Shown here: positions 1-12,779 of the stretch, piece by piece
Numbering within the stretch: position 1 is the stretch's first letter
How the letters are laid out: each line of letters starts with the position of its first letter
Assembly (NCBI GenBank): GCA_002269645.1
Contig: NIVC01003373.1
Location: 37,296 to 101,295, forward strand
DNA from: Macrostomum lignano
Lineage: Eukaryota
Length of the DNA stretch: 64,000 bases
Reading direction: 5' to 3'
Position numbers and translations under genes: made by a program
The notes under the pieces: generated by a model
The model's database searches: none
What the model was told of the DNA's origin: nothing
Seen by the model: the letters and a program-made list of their open reading frames with translations, nothing else

Positions 1-465
1 ACTGAATCTCAACCAAATCTCGACTGAATCTCAACTGAATCTCAACTGAATCTCGACTGAATTCCAAACTGAATCTCAGCTGAATCTCAACTGAATCCCA
101 ACTGAATCTCAACCGAATCTCCACTGAATCTCAACTGAATCTCAACTGAATCTCGACTGAATCTAAACTGAATCTCAACTGAATCCCAACTGAATCTCAA
201 CCGAATCTCCACTGAATCTCAACTGAATCTCAACTGAGTCTCAACCGAATCTCAACTGAATCTCATCTGAATCTCAACTGAATCTCAACTGAATTCCAAA
301 CTGAATCTCAACCGAATCTTAACTGAATCTCAACTGAATCTCAACTGAATCTCAGCTGAATCTCAGCTGAATCTCAACTGAATCTCAGCTGAATCTCAAC
401 TGAATCCCAACTGAATCTCAACCGAATCTCAACTGAATCTTAATTGAATCTCAACTGAATCTCAA
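1..465. repeat. 11-bp satellite (CTGAATCTCAA)n, runs off the window start
   Basis: Direct reading of the tandem unit; inverted relative to 853-2765. Confidence 0.95.
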
Positions 466-852
466 GCCAAAGTATGCAAGCCGTGGCTCAACTAAATTGG
501 AACTATTTTGAAAGTCGATACCATGAAGTTCATTCTTTCACCTGCGAACTGATTAGAATAAGCAGCTCAATGCCGGGAACCCAATACGATCTCTCAGTCA
601 GTTTGCGGACTGCGTCACCGATAGCAAAATTCGAGTTGATTTGAATTCAAGCATTGAGCGTGTTTACATGCAGCTGTTCTACCTGTCTGTGAATCTCTTG
701 ACCGATTATGCAAATTGGCTGCTTGTTGAGTGACTTCTCTGAGCTGGAGAGGTGTCACCTTGGATCATCAGTTTCCATTAGTAATGAGTTGCAATTTGCT
801 ACTTTCTTTTGACTCGTTTGAAAATTGACTCAATTTAAACAATTGAGATACG

Positions 853-2765
853 TTAAAATTCAGTTGAGATTCAGTTGAGATTCAGCTGAGATTCGGTTGA
901 GATCCAGTTGAGATTCAGTTGAGATCCAGTTGAGATTCAGTTGAGATTCGGTTGAGATCCAGTTGAGATTCAGTTGAGATTCAGTTGAGATTCAGTTGAG
1001 ATTCAGTTGAGATTCAGTTGAGATTCAGTTGAGATTCACTTAAGATTCAATTGAGATTCAGTTAAGATTCAGTTGAGATTCGGTTGAGATTCAGTTGAGA
1101 TTCAGTTGAGATTCAGTTCAGATTCACTTAAGATTCAATTAAGATTCAGTTAAGATTCAGTTGAGATTCAGTTGAGATTCAGTTGAGATTCAGTCGAGAT
1201 TCAGTTAAAATTCAGTTGAGATTCAGTTGAGATTCAGTTGAGATTCAGTTGAGATTCAGTTAAGATTCAGTTGAGATTCAGTTGAGATTCAGTTGAGATT
1301 CAGTTGAGATTCACTTAAGATTCAATTGAGATTCAGTTAAGATTCAGTTGAGATTCAGTTGAGATTCAGTTGAGATTCAGTTCAGATTCAGTTGAGATTC
1401 AGCTGGGATTCAGTTGAGATTCAGCTGAGATTCAGTTGAGATTCAGTTAAGATTCAGCTGGGATTCAGTTCAGATTCAGTTCAGATTCAGTTCAGATTCA
1501 GTTGAGATTTAGCTGAGATTCAGTTCAGATTCAGTTCAGATTCAGTTCAGATTCAGTTCAGATTCAGCTGAGATTCAGTTCAGATTCAGTTCAGATTCAG
1601 TCGAGATTCAGTTAAAATTCAGTTGAGATTCAGTTGAGATTCAGTTGAGATTCAGTTGAGATTCAGTTGAGATTCAGTTGAGATTCAGTTAAGATTCAGT
1701 TGAGATTCAGTTAAGATTCAGTTGAGATTCAGTTGAGATTCACTTAAGATTCAATTGAGATTCAGTTAAGATTCAGTTGAGATTCAGTTGAGATTCAGTT
1801 GAGATTCAGTTCAGATTCAGTTCAGATTCACTTAAGATTCAATTAAGATTCAGTTAAGATTCAGTTAAGATTCAGTTGAGATTCAGTTGAGATTCAGCTG
1901 GGATTCAGTTGAGATTCAGCTGAGATTCAGTTGAGATTCAGTTGAGATTCAGTTGAGATTCAGTTCAGATTCAGTTCAGATTCACTTAAGATTAAATTAA
2001 GATTCAGTTAAGATTCAGTTGAGATTCAGTTGAGATTCAGCTGGGATTCAGTTGAGATTCAGCTGAGATTCAGTTGAGATTCAGTTAAGATTCAGCTGGG
2101 ATTCAGTTCAGATTCAGTTCAGATTCAGTTCAGATTCAGTTGAGATTTAGCTGAGATTCAGTTAAGATTCAGTTGAGATTCAGCTGAGATTCAGCTAAGA
2201 TTCAGTTCAGATTCGGTTGAGATTCAGTTCAGATTCAGTTCAGATTCAGTTAAGATTCAGTTGAGATTCAGCTGGGATTCAGTTCAGATTCAGTTGAGAT
2301 TCAGTTAAGATTCAGCTGGGATTCAGTTCAGATTCAGTTCAGATTCAGTTCAGATTCAGCTGAGATTCAGTTAAGATTCAGTTGAGATTCAGCTGTGATT
2401 CAGCTAAGATTCAGTTCAGATTCGGTTGAGATTCAGTTCAGATTCAGTTCAGATTCAGTTAAGATTCAGTTGAGATTCAGCTGGGATTCAGTTCAGATTC
2501 AGTTGAGATTCAGTTAAGATTCAGTTGAGATTCAGTTCAGATTCAGTTCAGATTCAGTTAAGATTCAGTTGAGATTCAGCTGGGATTCAGTTGAGATTCA
2601 GTTGAGATTCAGCTGAGATTCAGTTCAGATTCAGTTCAGATTCAGTTCAGATTCAGTTAAGATTCAGTTGAGATTCAGTTGAGATTCAGCTGGGATTCAG
2701 TTGAGATTCAGTTGAGATTCAGTTGAGATTCAGTTGAGATTCAGTTGAGATTCAGCTGAGATTCA
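853..2765. repeat. 11-bp satellite (TTGAGATTCAG)n in SLC5 intron 1
   Basis: About 1.9 kb of tandem units with TTA/TTC/CTG variants; reverse complement of the 1-465 unit. Confidence 0.95.
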
Positions 2766-2830
2766 GCTGACATCTACGTACATCAAAAGCAAGCTGTCAG
2801 TCTTGTAATCATTACATGACACAAACGTAC

Positions 2831-3020
2831 CTAGCAGAGAAATGGCGGACCAAAAGGACACGAGAATTGAGATGGCCACCGGTAGCAACTGCAGATTTCG
2901 GTTGCCAAGCAGGTACTCTCTGGTAGTTTGTTGCCGACCGCCAGTGCACGAGGTGTACACCCCGATAGCAACAGATGACAGGCAGATCAAGGCGATAAGG
3001 ACGTAGTCTATGGGGTGCAT
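2831..3020 (-). CDS. Sodium:solute symporter (SLC5A6/8/12-like), exon 1 only; rest of gene would lie left of the window
   Basis: MHPIDY..TM1..EYLLGNRNLQLLPVAISILVSFWSAISLLG matches the SSS-family N-terminus; phase-1 donor CTAG|GTACGT at 2831/2830. Confidence 0.85.
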
Positions 3021-3164
3021 GACGGCGGGATGGAGGAAATGTTTGGGAAATGTTGCTGTGTCGAATAAGAATCGAATTTGTTTAAATATAGAATAGAGTT
3101 CTTTCTGTATTGCGAGTGCGCGTGGTGTTGCAGATAGTATAGGTACGCTCTGATTGGCTCCATT

Positions 3165-3165
<1 letters not shown>

Positions 3166-3208
<43 letters not shown>
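3166..3208. repeat. (CT)n microsatellite
   Basis: Direct reading. Confidence 0.95.
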
Positions 3209-3211
<3 letters not shown>

Positions 3212-3324
3212 AGCTCCTCATCAACTGAGGTCAGTTTCCTTGACATGACCATCAAGTAAAGCTGAAAACAGCTTCACAACACAACTGTTTTCGAAAGAAA
3301 CAGACACTCATAGATTGTTGCACC

Positions 3325-4806
3325 TGAAGAGATCGTTTTAGCACACTAGAGAGAGGGAAAGAGAGAGAGAGAGAAAGAAAAGAGAGAGAGAATTAAATCT
3401 AGTGTCTAAACGCACGAACTCCCACTTCCAGACCTCAAGCCTGGGAACAAAGTTCAGTGTTCACCTACTGATGCGGGCTCCTCTTCTTTGTCGCGCAGGT
3501 TTTCCGAGCTCGTCTCTTCAAATCCTTTTCCTCCGGAGTAGTCTTCTAGAATCGGCCGAATATGAGAGCTTAATAACTTAGTCCATCGACGTCAATATAT
3601 TCCTCGAGTGCAGAAATCGATATATTCCTCGAGTGCAGAAATCGATATATTCCTCGAGTGCAGAAATCGATATATTCCTCGAGTGCAGAAATCAATATAT
3701 TCCTCGAGTGCAGAAACCGATATATTCCTCGAGTGCAGAAATCAATATATTCCTCGAGTGCAGAAACCGATATATTCCTCGAGTGCAGAAATCGATATAT
3801 TCCTCGAGTGCAGAAATCGATATATTCCTCGAGTGCAGAAATCAATATATTCCTCGAGTGCAGAAATCGATATATTCCTCGAGTGCAGAAATCGATATAT
3901 TCCTCGAGTGCAGAAATCAATATATTCCTCGAGTGCAGAAACCGATATATTCCTCGAGTGCAGAAATCGATATATTCCTGGAGTGCAGAAATCGATATAT
4001 TCCTCGAGTGCAGAAACCAATATATTCCTCGAGTGCAGAAATCAATATATTCCTCGAGTGCAGAGATGCGCCCTAATAACAAAGTCAACTCTATAACAAT
4101 AACGAGGTCCTCCGAAAGGGCGTCTTCTTCTAGAAATAATGGAATCGGAGTCGTGTGCTCCTATCGGTTACTTTAGGGTACCAAAATCAATCAATCAGTA
4201 ATCGACTAAGAGTATCGGAATCGGTCCGCAGATCCTATCCAATCCCTTCGGAATAGAGAGGCCTCAAATTCAATAACTCAATAAATCGACTGATCAGTAA
4301 CGACCGGCAATGACACAGCTCTCAATAATCGAATAACAAAGACTCAAATAACAAAGACTCTAACAAAGGCTTACCAATTGGTGTTTGCCTCTCTCAGAGA
4401 TATAGCCTTGCTTAGTAGTTCTGGCTAAGCCTAAGATCTCTTAAGGCTGCTCCGAGTCAGAGGTTTCAGCTCGGATTTTCGCTTGTATTTATACACGATT
4501 TCATTCGACCTTGAGCTTCAAACTGGTTTTATTGATAAGAATCAAAAGATGGCCTTTGTCTCTTGACTGGTGGGGTTTTAAATAGAAAGGGGTAAAGCCT
4601 AGATCGCATTTAAATTGACATTTACGAGTACCATATTTGGAAATATAGGTTGAAAACCGGTTTTTGGACTATGTAATGATCACTCGCTGTTTATGTGATA
4701 TTGCATGTATTACTGAAAATGGAGTATGACGCATGTTAGTTTTAAATAGTATTCATGTTTTTATCTTGCTACTTTTAGTAGCCAACTAGGCTTGGAGATC
4801 TCTACA
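3325..4806. mobile_element. Solo LTR, 1482 bp, probably Gypsy-type
   Basis: TG...CA ends; TGAAGAGATC / GATCTCTACA 9-of-10 inverted termini; 4-bp TSD CACC at 3321-3324 and 4807-4810; no coding content. Confidence 0.75.
3592..4064. repeat. 25-bp minisatellite ATATTCCTCGAGTGCAGAAATCGAT inside the solo LTR
   Basis: About 19 tandem copies; explains the ORFs at 3570-4176. Confidence 0.95.
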
Positions 4807-4991
4807 CACCGACAGTCCTTCCATCCGTCACACACCTTCAAGGGGGTAGTAAAATCCCAAGTCCTTCGGTACGCTCGTATCTGTGATGACTACAAGTCTT
4901 TCAACGATGCTTTCAATTCTTTAAAATCGAAACTCAAGCAATTAGGCTACTCAAAGATTTTTTTAGAAACTGCAAAGGACAGAATAAGATA

Positions 4992-5762
<771 letters not shown>

Positions 5763-5777
5763 GTCTTCTGTCTCTGT

Positions 5778-6057
5778 CTGTATATACTAAAGTTGACGTG
5801 TTGTTTGTCTGTGTCTGTCTGTCATTTCGACAACTTGAATAGTGGCAACTCAGCGTTGAAACTTATATGGGAAGATTGGAAATATCCGAGGTCGGCTATA
5901 GGCTATTTTAATTTTTAATTTTCACATTTTAACATCCCTAAAAAAGCAGAAAACTGCTTTTTTAACCCCCAATAACCTTCTTTTGCCACTCTGCCTGGGG
6001 GGGGGGGCGTGGGCTAGCCAGACAATCCACTAAACAAAAAATACGTGGCTAGCTAGT
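5778..6057 (+). mobile_element. Possible non-autonomous Helitron-like element
   Basis: 5' TATATACTAAAG followed by a GTCT-rich tract, 3' end GCTAGCTAG|T; no clear 3' hairpin. Confidence 0.3.
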
Positions 6058-6216
6058 GAGTACACGTGTGGACCCACACAGGCTAGTCCTTGAGAGTTCA
6101 CACAGTGCGCATAGTGATAGTACGCTAGATATGCCAAAGAACGCTGCTATTGGTCCGTGTGGGCTGGGGTGGGCTGGTCGAGTGCACCCGCGGACGGGAA
6201 TGAGAAGTCTGGGAAT

Positions 6217-6696
<480 letters not shown>

Positions 6697-6703
6697 CTAA
6701 AAA

Positions 6704-6770
6704 TTGGTCGAGTGGCCAGTGCGCCTGACTTGAAATTGGAAGGTTTGAGGTTCGAATCTTACTTTGCATT
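6704..6770 (+). mobile_element. tRNA-derived SINE head or degenerate tRNA
   Basis: A box TGGTCGAGTGG, B box GGTTCGAATC; acceptor and anticodon stems not intact. Confidence 0.45.
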
Positions 6771-8648
6771 CGATTCTTGATGCAAATATCGTGGGTGTAA
6801 TAAAAACAGAACATGCAGAAAAGCAGAAATTAGAATTTGAGTGAACAACGTTAAATTATGGTAATGAGGATTATTATTAAGATTAGAGGATTATTAGGTT
6901 TAAGCGATGAAAATACACGGATTAGAAAAGTAGTATCGAAAAAGTAAAAATTTTTATTTATTCGAACATAAATAAAAAAACGGTGGAAATGATTTTTTTA
7001 CATTTTAGTACTAGCATCCATACTTCTTCGTCTGTAATCATAGCACTTTAAATCAGTAGCTCATTTTGGGATTGTAGAATTTAAGTGATTAAGCCGGTGA
7101 TAATGCATTGGAGAGCCACTCAAGCCAAATTGATATCAGGTTAGCCAATAGCCTAATATAATACTAAGATGCACAGCACAGGTAAGGCTCCTTGCGTGCC
7201 AATATCAGCAGCAGTCTGAGGGGTAAGCTCAACCGCCTGCAAGTTAGCGATGTGGCAGTCCATTAATGTGGTAGTTGCAGGCCTAAAGTTAAGTAACTCT
7301 CATGAAGTCATGGACTCATCACTCATGGTCTCTGTTTTATTGGCTTTTGTTTTGGCACGGTTTGAGCCTAGCAGCTTGCTAATATTGAACACATAGTAAT
7401 CTTTTGTAACACTTCGGGTGAAGCAAATTTAGTTCCTGTCATATTTATTGTCATTGAAGTCGAAGATCAATTATACCGGTACCGTATCGACGTATCGTAT
7501 TATTTTTAAAAAATTAGATTCTATATTTGAAAGTTAAACTGTTGTGCTACCTTAGATACATTTTTTCTGGTACAAAAGTCTTCAGTTTTAAATGTATTGT
7601 GATAAAACTTAAAAACTCTCCTGCTTCTATCATGAAAAAGTTATAAAATCGAAAGGTAAGTCTAGTTTTGTTAATGTTTTCCGTAAAGCTGTTGACAACA
7701 AGAATGAATTACCTTTTTTATTTGTGGCAGGCGGGATGCCACTGAGTTGAGTAGTTTTTTTAACAGTCGATGACTAAATCTTTATTTTGGTCAGTCCGTG
7801 CGCTGATCAATAAATTATTTTCCCTTGCTTGGAGTTGTCCAGCCGATGCTCCATCGAGTGTTCCACGCTCTGTACGCTCGCGTCCCCGCGCGGGAACTTT
7901 GTTGGAATCACAGATACTAGAACAACTAGTTGTTCTAGTATCTGTGGGTCTACCAGTAGACAATGAATCAAGAACAGGCTGAGCGGAGAGTCCCAGACAC
8001 TGGGAACGCAAACGAACCGGAAAGGAGGAACAAAAAAGGGGGAGCGCAGGCAGCCAAAAAGACAACGGGACGGGAGAGGGAGAACGGGAGGGAGCTAGAG
8101 GGAGAGCTGCGGCCAACAGCTCAGATGGGTCTTTTGTGTTGCGTCAGACACGCAAGCTTAAAGTAGAAGTCCTTGAGCGGAGAGTTTATGAGTTAGTTAG
8201 CACGGTATTGCAATCTTGCAATCGGAATTGCGAATACGGGGCTGGCTTAAATTCAATTTAAATAGACAAGGAGTAAAAGCCCGAAAAGCACTTTTATATA
8301 GCGTTCGTATATATGTATATATTGATATAATATTTCACCATGTCTACTTCCGCTCAGAAGCAATTGTCAGTAGCATAAAATTAAACGACAATAAAATGTT
8401 ACATATACTGTATCGCTCGTACATGTACAAATCAGAGGAAAAAGCAAGTCATAGCAGTTTGAAATTGAGCGTGCATGAAAGACAAAAAGGTGGGTTGTAC
8501 AATATATAAATAAAGTAAGTAAGTCAATGGGGATGGCAGCGCCGGAATAAAAGTTAAAAGCTGGACCCAATGTACTTTAAAACATGTTTAAAATTAGTTA
8601 CAGGTGGGGCGCGCACCTGCTGCTTGTTTTTGTTAATCTCTAAGCGTT

Positions 8649-11600
8649 CTAAGCAACGCCGAAATGAACCGATTTCGAGCGTCGACGAGCAATCAATCGG
8701 CTGCGTTCGGTTTCGCCAAAGGCTCGAATTCCACGGAATAGCCAGTAGCCCGCGCAGAGCACCAGGCACAGAACGTACAGGCCGAGCCAGTAGAACCTGC
8801 GGCAGTGCGGATGGCCTTACGGTGACTTCATAGATTGGGCAATGGAGGATAACATTATAGCTAGTCCTTAGGGTGTGTCCCAGTTCCAGGTGTGACTGAG
8901 CATAGGGTGTGTCTCAGTTCCAGGTGTGGCTGAGCATAGGGTGTGTAACAGTTCCAGGTGTGACTGAGCATAGGGTGTGTCTCAGTTCCAGGTGTGGCTG
9001 AGCATAGGGTGTGTAACAGTTCCAGGTGTGGCTGAGCATAGGATGTGTAACAGTTCCAGGTGTGACTGAGCATAGGGTGTGTAACAGTTCCAGGTGTGGC
9101 TGAGCATAGGATGTGTAACAGTTCCAGGTGTGACTGAGCATAGGGTGTGTCTCAGTTCCAGGTGTGACTGAGCATAGGGTGTGTAACAGTTCCAGGTGTG
9201 GCTGAGCATAGGGTGTGTCCCAGTTCCAGGTGTGGCTGAGCATAGGGTGTGTAACAGTTCCAGGTGTGGCTGAGCATAGGGTGTGTAACAGTTCCAGGTG
9301 TGGCTGAGCATAGGGTGTGTAACAGTTCCAGGTGTCACAGTGTCTCACAGGGCATACCTGGACACAGCCAGAGGCTAACACACAGGTGTCTCACAGTGCA
9401 TACCTGGACACCAGACAGAGGCTAACACACAGGTGTCTCACAGCGCATACCTGGACACCAGCCAGAGGCTAACACACAGGTGTCTCACAGTGCATACCTG
9501 GACACCATCCAGAGGCTAACACACAGGTGTCTCACAGTGCATACCTGGACACCATCCAGAGGCTAACACACAGGTGTCTCACAGTGCATACCTGGACACC
9601 ATCCAGAGGCTAACACACAGGTGTCTCACAGTGCATACCTGGACACAGCCACAGGCTAACACACAGGTGTCTCACAGTGCATACCTGGACACCAGACAGA
9701 GGCTAACACACAGGTGTCTCACAGTGTATACCTGGACACCAGCCAGAGGCTAACACACAGGTGTCTCACAGTGCATACCTGGACACCAGCCACAGGCTAA
9801 CACACAGGTGTCTCACAGTGCATACCTGGACACCAGCCAGAGGCTAACACAGGTGTCTCACAGTGCATACCTGGACACAGCCACAGGCTAACACACAGGT
9901 GTCTCACAGTGCATACCTGGACACCAGACAGAGGCTAACACACAGGTGTCTCACAGTGCATACCTGGACACCAGCCAGAGGCTAACATAGCAGACGCGGC
10001 CGTCGCTCTCCCGCACGGCCAGGTAGCCATAGGCCACCTCCAGAGTGCCCATCCGGTAGGAGCAGGTGGGCGAGCCGATCTCATACACTATGCCATCAGT
10101 GAGGGTAAACTTTGCCGAATCGAGCGGCTCAGTAGCGTAGGGTCCACCGCGCTTATCAGGATAGGGCGCCATAGTCTCGGCGCCGGCGGTGACCAGCAGC
10201 CGTCGCAGCGCAGAGCGAATGCCCGATGCCTGTGACCGGTGATGACCAGGTGAGGCCGGAGCAGGCGCAACAGGGGTCTAAACTGGGTTGGCCGTTGGGT
10301 AAGCAAATTGGCGTGATTGGCTAGGATGCGAAATCCGGCCGACCCGGTCTCCGGCGTGTCTGCAATATTGCCGATTTATACTACTTAGTAAGTAGCTTAA
10401 AATACTCCGCGTTTGCTTCAATATTGGTGGTCGGTTGGCTGTCCTGCTTTTCATGCACCCATGAGGGCCACCCCCCCCCCCCCAAGGGACAGTGATTGTA
10501 CATGCCTGACGATTAGAAAGTCAAAGGTCGCTGTACACTCTGTGTGAGCGTGTGTAAGAGTGCTCAGGAGTGAGCGGAACGGGTACATGGTTGTTGGCAC
10601 ACATACTAAAACAACTACAATATATTGGCCACTCAGGCATATATTACTTAGTAAAACAGCTTTCTACTTTCAGTTCAGTAGCAAAGAATACATAAGCATT
10701 TTATAAAAATAAAGGCAGCTGAAATGACTTTTATAAGTTTAGAAGCCCAGCAAGCTTACAGGCGTAAACAGCTTGCTAATTGGTTCAGCAATAATGTACA
10801 TTAGCCAGTCCACTAAAATGTACGTGGCAGCTTTAGGCTGGAATTCCGAGAAAGGCAATAAAAATTGAGGTGGGGCGGAGGGAGGTGGGTAGTTTGGAAA
10901 GGCGCGGTTGGAGGGTTTAAGCTGGGGGGGGGGTAAGAGCCAATAAATGAGCCTCGGCTTTAAAAGTGCATTAGAATGCTCCTGTTTAACTTACTACTGA
11001 ACTGAAAGTAGCTAACACGCCAATGAGCTGAGTGGCCCATCTAGTCTAGTCTAGTCTAGTTATTCTAGTGTTTGTGAACGTTGTAGGACAATGTCACCGA
11101 TGACACCACAACCCTCCCTGCGAATATTTCTATCTAACTTTTAGAGATCTTCCCATGCCCAAATGAATTTCTCCCAGGCGGCTTACTAGGCGCCAGGTGA
11201 GCGTAGGCGGACGCAACGTGGCGTTCGATCTCCCGCTGACAGCGAAACGCATCAGCGTAGAAGCGCAGCCACAGCATCCGCATGGACTGGCCGGCCTTGT
11301 CCGAGCCCTCCAGCCGGCCGAACTGTCTCTCGTAGTCGGCCACCCGGCCGGAGTTGACCGGCTCGGCCTCGCCGCCAACGTCATTGTCGCCGGCCAAGAT
11401 GAGCCAGCGGCGCTTCGGCCAGAGGAACAGGCCGCGGAATCTGGCCATGTAGTCGGACAGAGCAGCCGGCGGCGCGGACAGGCCCTCGTCGATGAGGTCG
11501 CCGGGAAACAGCACAGTGGAAGGCTTGGCGGCGCTCAGTGCGGCGGAGTAGCCTTTGAAGAGGAACCTGCGACGGGCCATGGATTAATAAACTCTACTAT

Positions 11601-11755
11601 ATTTATGGACCTGAGCTGAGGGATCAAAGCCTCCACCAGCTTACATGTCCGCGTCCCATCTGGTCAACCAGCCGAGCGCCTGGCTCTCGTCCCGATAGCC
11701 CTGAATTTGCGGATCCGACGCAATTAGAAAGGTGACTTCTCCCATAGGTGAGCCG
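8649..11755 (-). CDS. Metallophosphoesterase-1 homolog (MPPE1/Cdc1-like); exons 11755-11645, 11566-11187, 10359-9964, 8796-8649; one frameshift; true first exon uncertain
   Basis: Motifs ASDPQIQG, WDADMFL, GDLIDEG, GDNDVGGE, GHRH, PTCSYRMG and a C-terminal TM helix; GT-AG junctions and phases fit except that the 396-nt exon is out of frame between 10230 and 10172. Confidence 0.8.
8866..9335. repeat. 34-bp intronic minisatellite
   Basis: Unit GAGCATAGGGTGTGTAACAGTTCCAGGTGTGGCT. Confidence 0.95.
9340..9986. repeat. 47-bp minisatellite made of the exon-intron junction
   Basis: Minus-strand unit TTAGCCTCTGGCTGGTGTCCAG|GTATGCACTGTGAGACACCTGTGTG, about 14 copies. Confidence 0.95.
10490..10625 (+). 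mobile_element. Fragment of the SINE family seen full length at 45113-45464
   Basis: Shared TGTACATGCCTGAC..GTCGCTGTACACTCTGTGTGAGCG..CTCAGGAGT..GGAA domain. Confidence 0.65.
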
Positions 11756-11859
11756 CTGAAGATTTCAAATATTTATTCTAGCGATATACACACACACATC
11801 CACTTTTAATTGTTCTTATTAGTAGCAAGTGGAGAAATTAAAAGTAAAAAGTAAAGAAG

Positions 11860-12385
11860 GGCAATTAAGTTGGGCTAGGTAAAGAATGCAATTAAGGTTG
11901 GCTAGGTAAGAAAGGGCAATTAAGGTGGGCTAGGTAAGGAAGGGCATTTAAGGTGGGCTAGGTAAGGAAGGACAGTTAAGGTGGGCTAGGTAAGAAAGGG
12001 CAATTAAGTTAGGCTAGGTAAGGAAAGGCAATTAAGGCGGGCTAGGTAAGGAATGCAATTAAGGTGGGCTAGGTAAGAAAGGGCAATTAAGGTGGGCTAG
12101 GTAAGAAAGGGCAATTAAGGTGGGCTAGGTAGGAAAGGGCAATTAAGGTGGGCTAGGTAAGGAAAGGCAATTAAGGCGGGCTAGGTAAGGAATGCAATTA
12201 AGGTGGGCTAGGTAAGAAAGGGCAATTAAGGTGGGCTAGGTAAGAAAGGGCAATTAAGGTGGGCTAGGTAGGAAAGGGCAATTAAGGTGGGCTAGGTAAG
12301 GAAGGGCAGTTAAGGTGGGCTAGGTAAGAAAGGGCAATTAAGGTGGGCTAGGTAAGGAAAGGCAATTAAGGTGGGCTAGGTAAGG
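11860..12385. repeat. 26-28-bp minisatellite
   Basis: Unit AATTAAGGTGGGCTAGGTAAGAAAGGGC. Confidence 0.95.
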
Positions 12386-12779
12386 AATATACAAAAATAC
12401 AATGAAATGTCATAGATACAATAAATTTGCAAAATTCTATACTACTCAATGAACAGTAGCTTAATAATAATAGCGCATATAAGGTAGATTGACATAAAGA
12501 TAAAGTGCGACTCAAACATCTCAATAAGAAAATGTTGTTTAATGTTACATATCGGTAGTTCAATTTATACGAGCTTAAACACAGCTGAAGCCATCATTAA
12601 TAATGTCGTTGAAGACAACTACGGCAAAAATAATTTTCAATTCCATTGGCCAGCTGGCCAGCAATGGCCGAAGTTTGGACAATCGCATTGCGGTGTCAGC
12701 AGCTGGCAATAGTAAATCTGGTGGTATAAATTACAGCTTCCAGTTGATGGGATAAAAAGGAATGATGCAATGCATTAGC

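Noticed and set aside
6704-6770. tRNA gene
   Set aside because: A and B boxes are present but the cloverleaf stems do not pair; kept only as a SINE-like head
7690-8602. Possible solo LTR (TGTTGA...GTTACA, TATA-like and AATAAA motifs)
   Set aside because: Flanks AAAGC and GGTGG do not form a TSD and no PBS or PPT could be assigned
12577-12688. Candidate first exon of the MPPE-like gene (MRLSKLRPLL..IIFAVVVFND, minus strand)
   Set aside because: Plausible N-terminal TM segment, but it hits a stop before any convincing phase-2 donor; left out of the gene model
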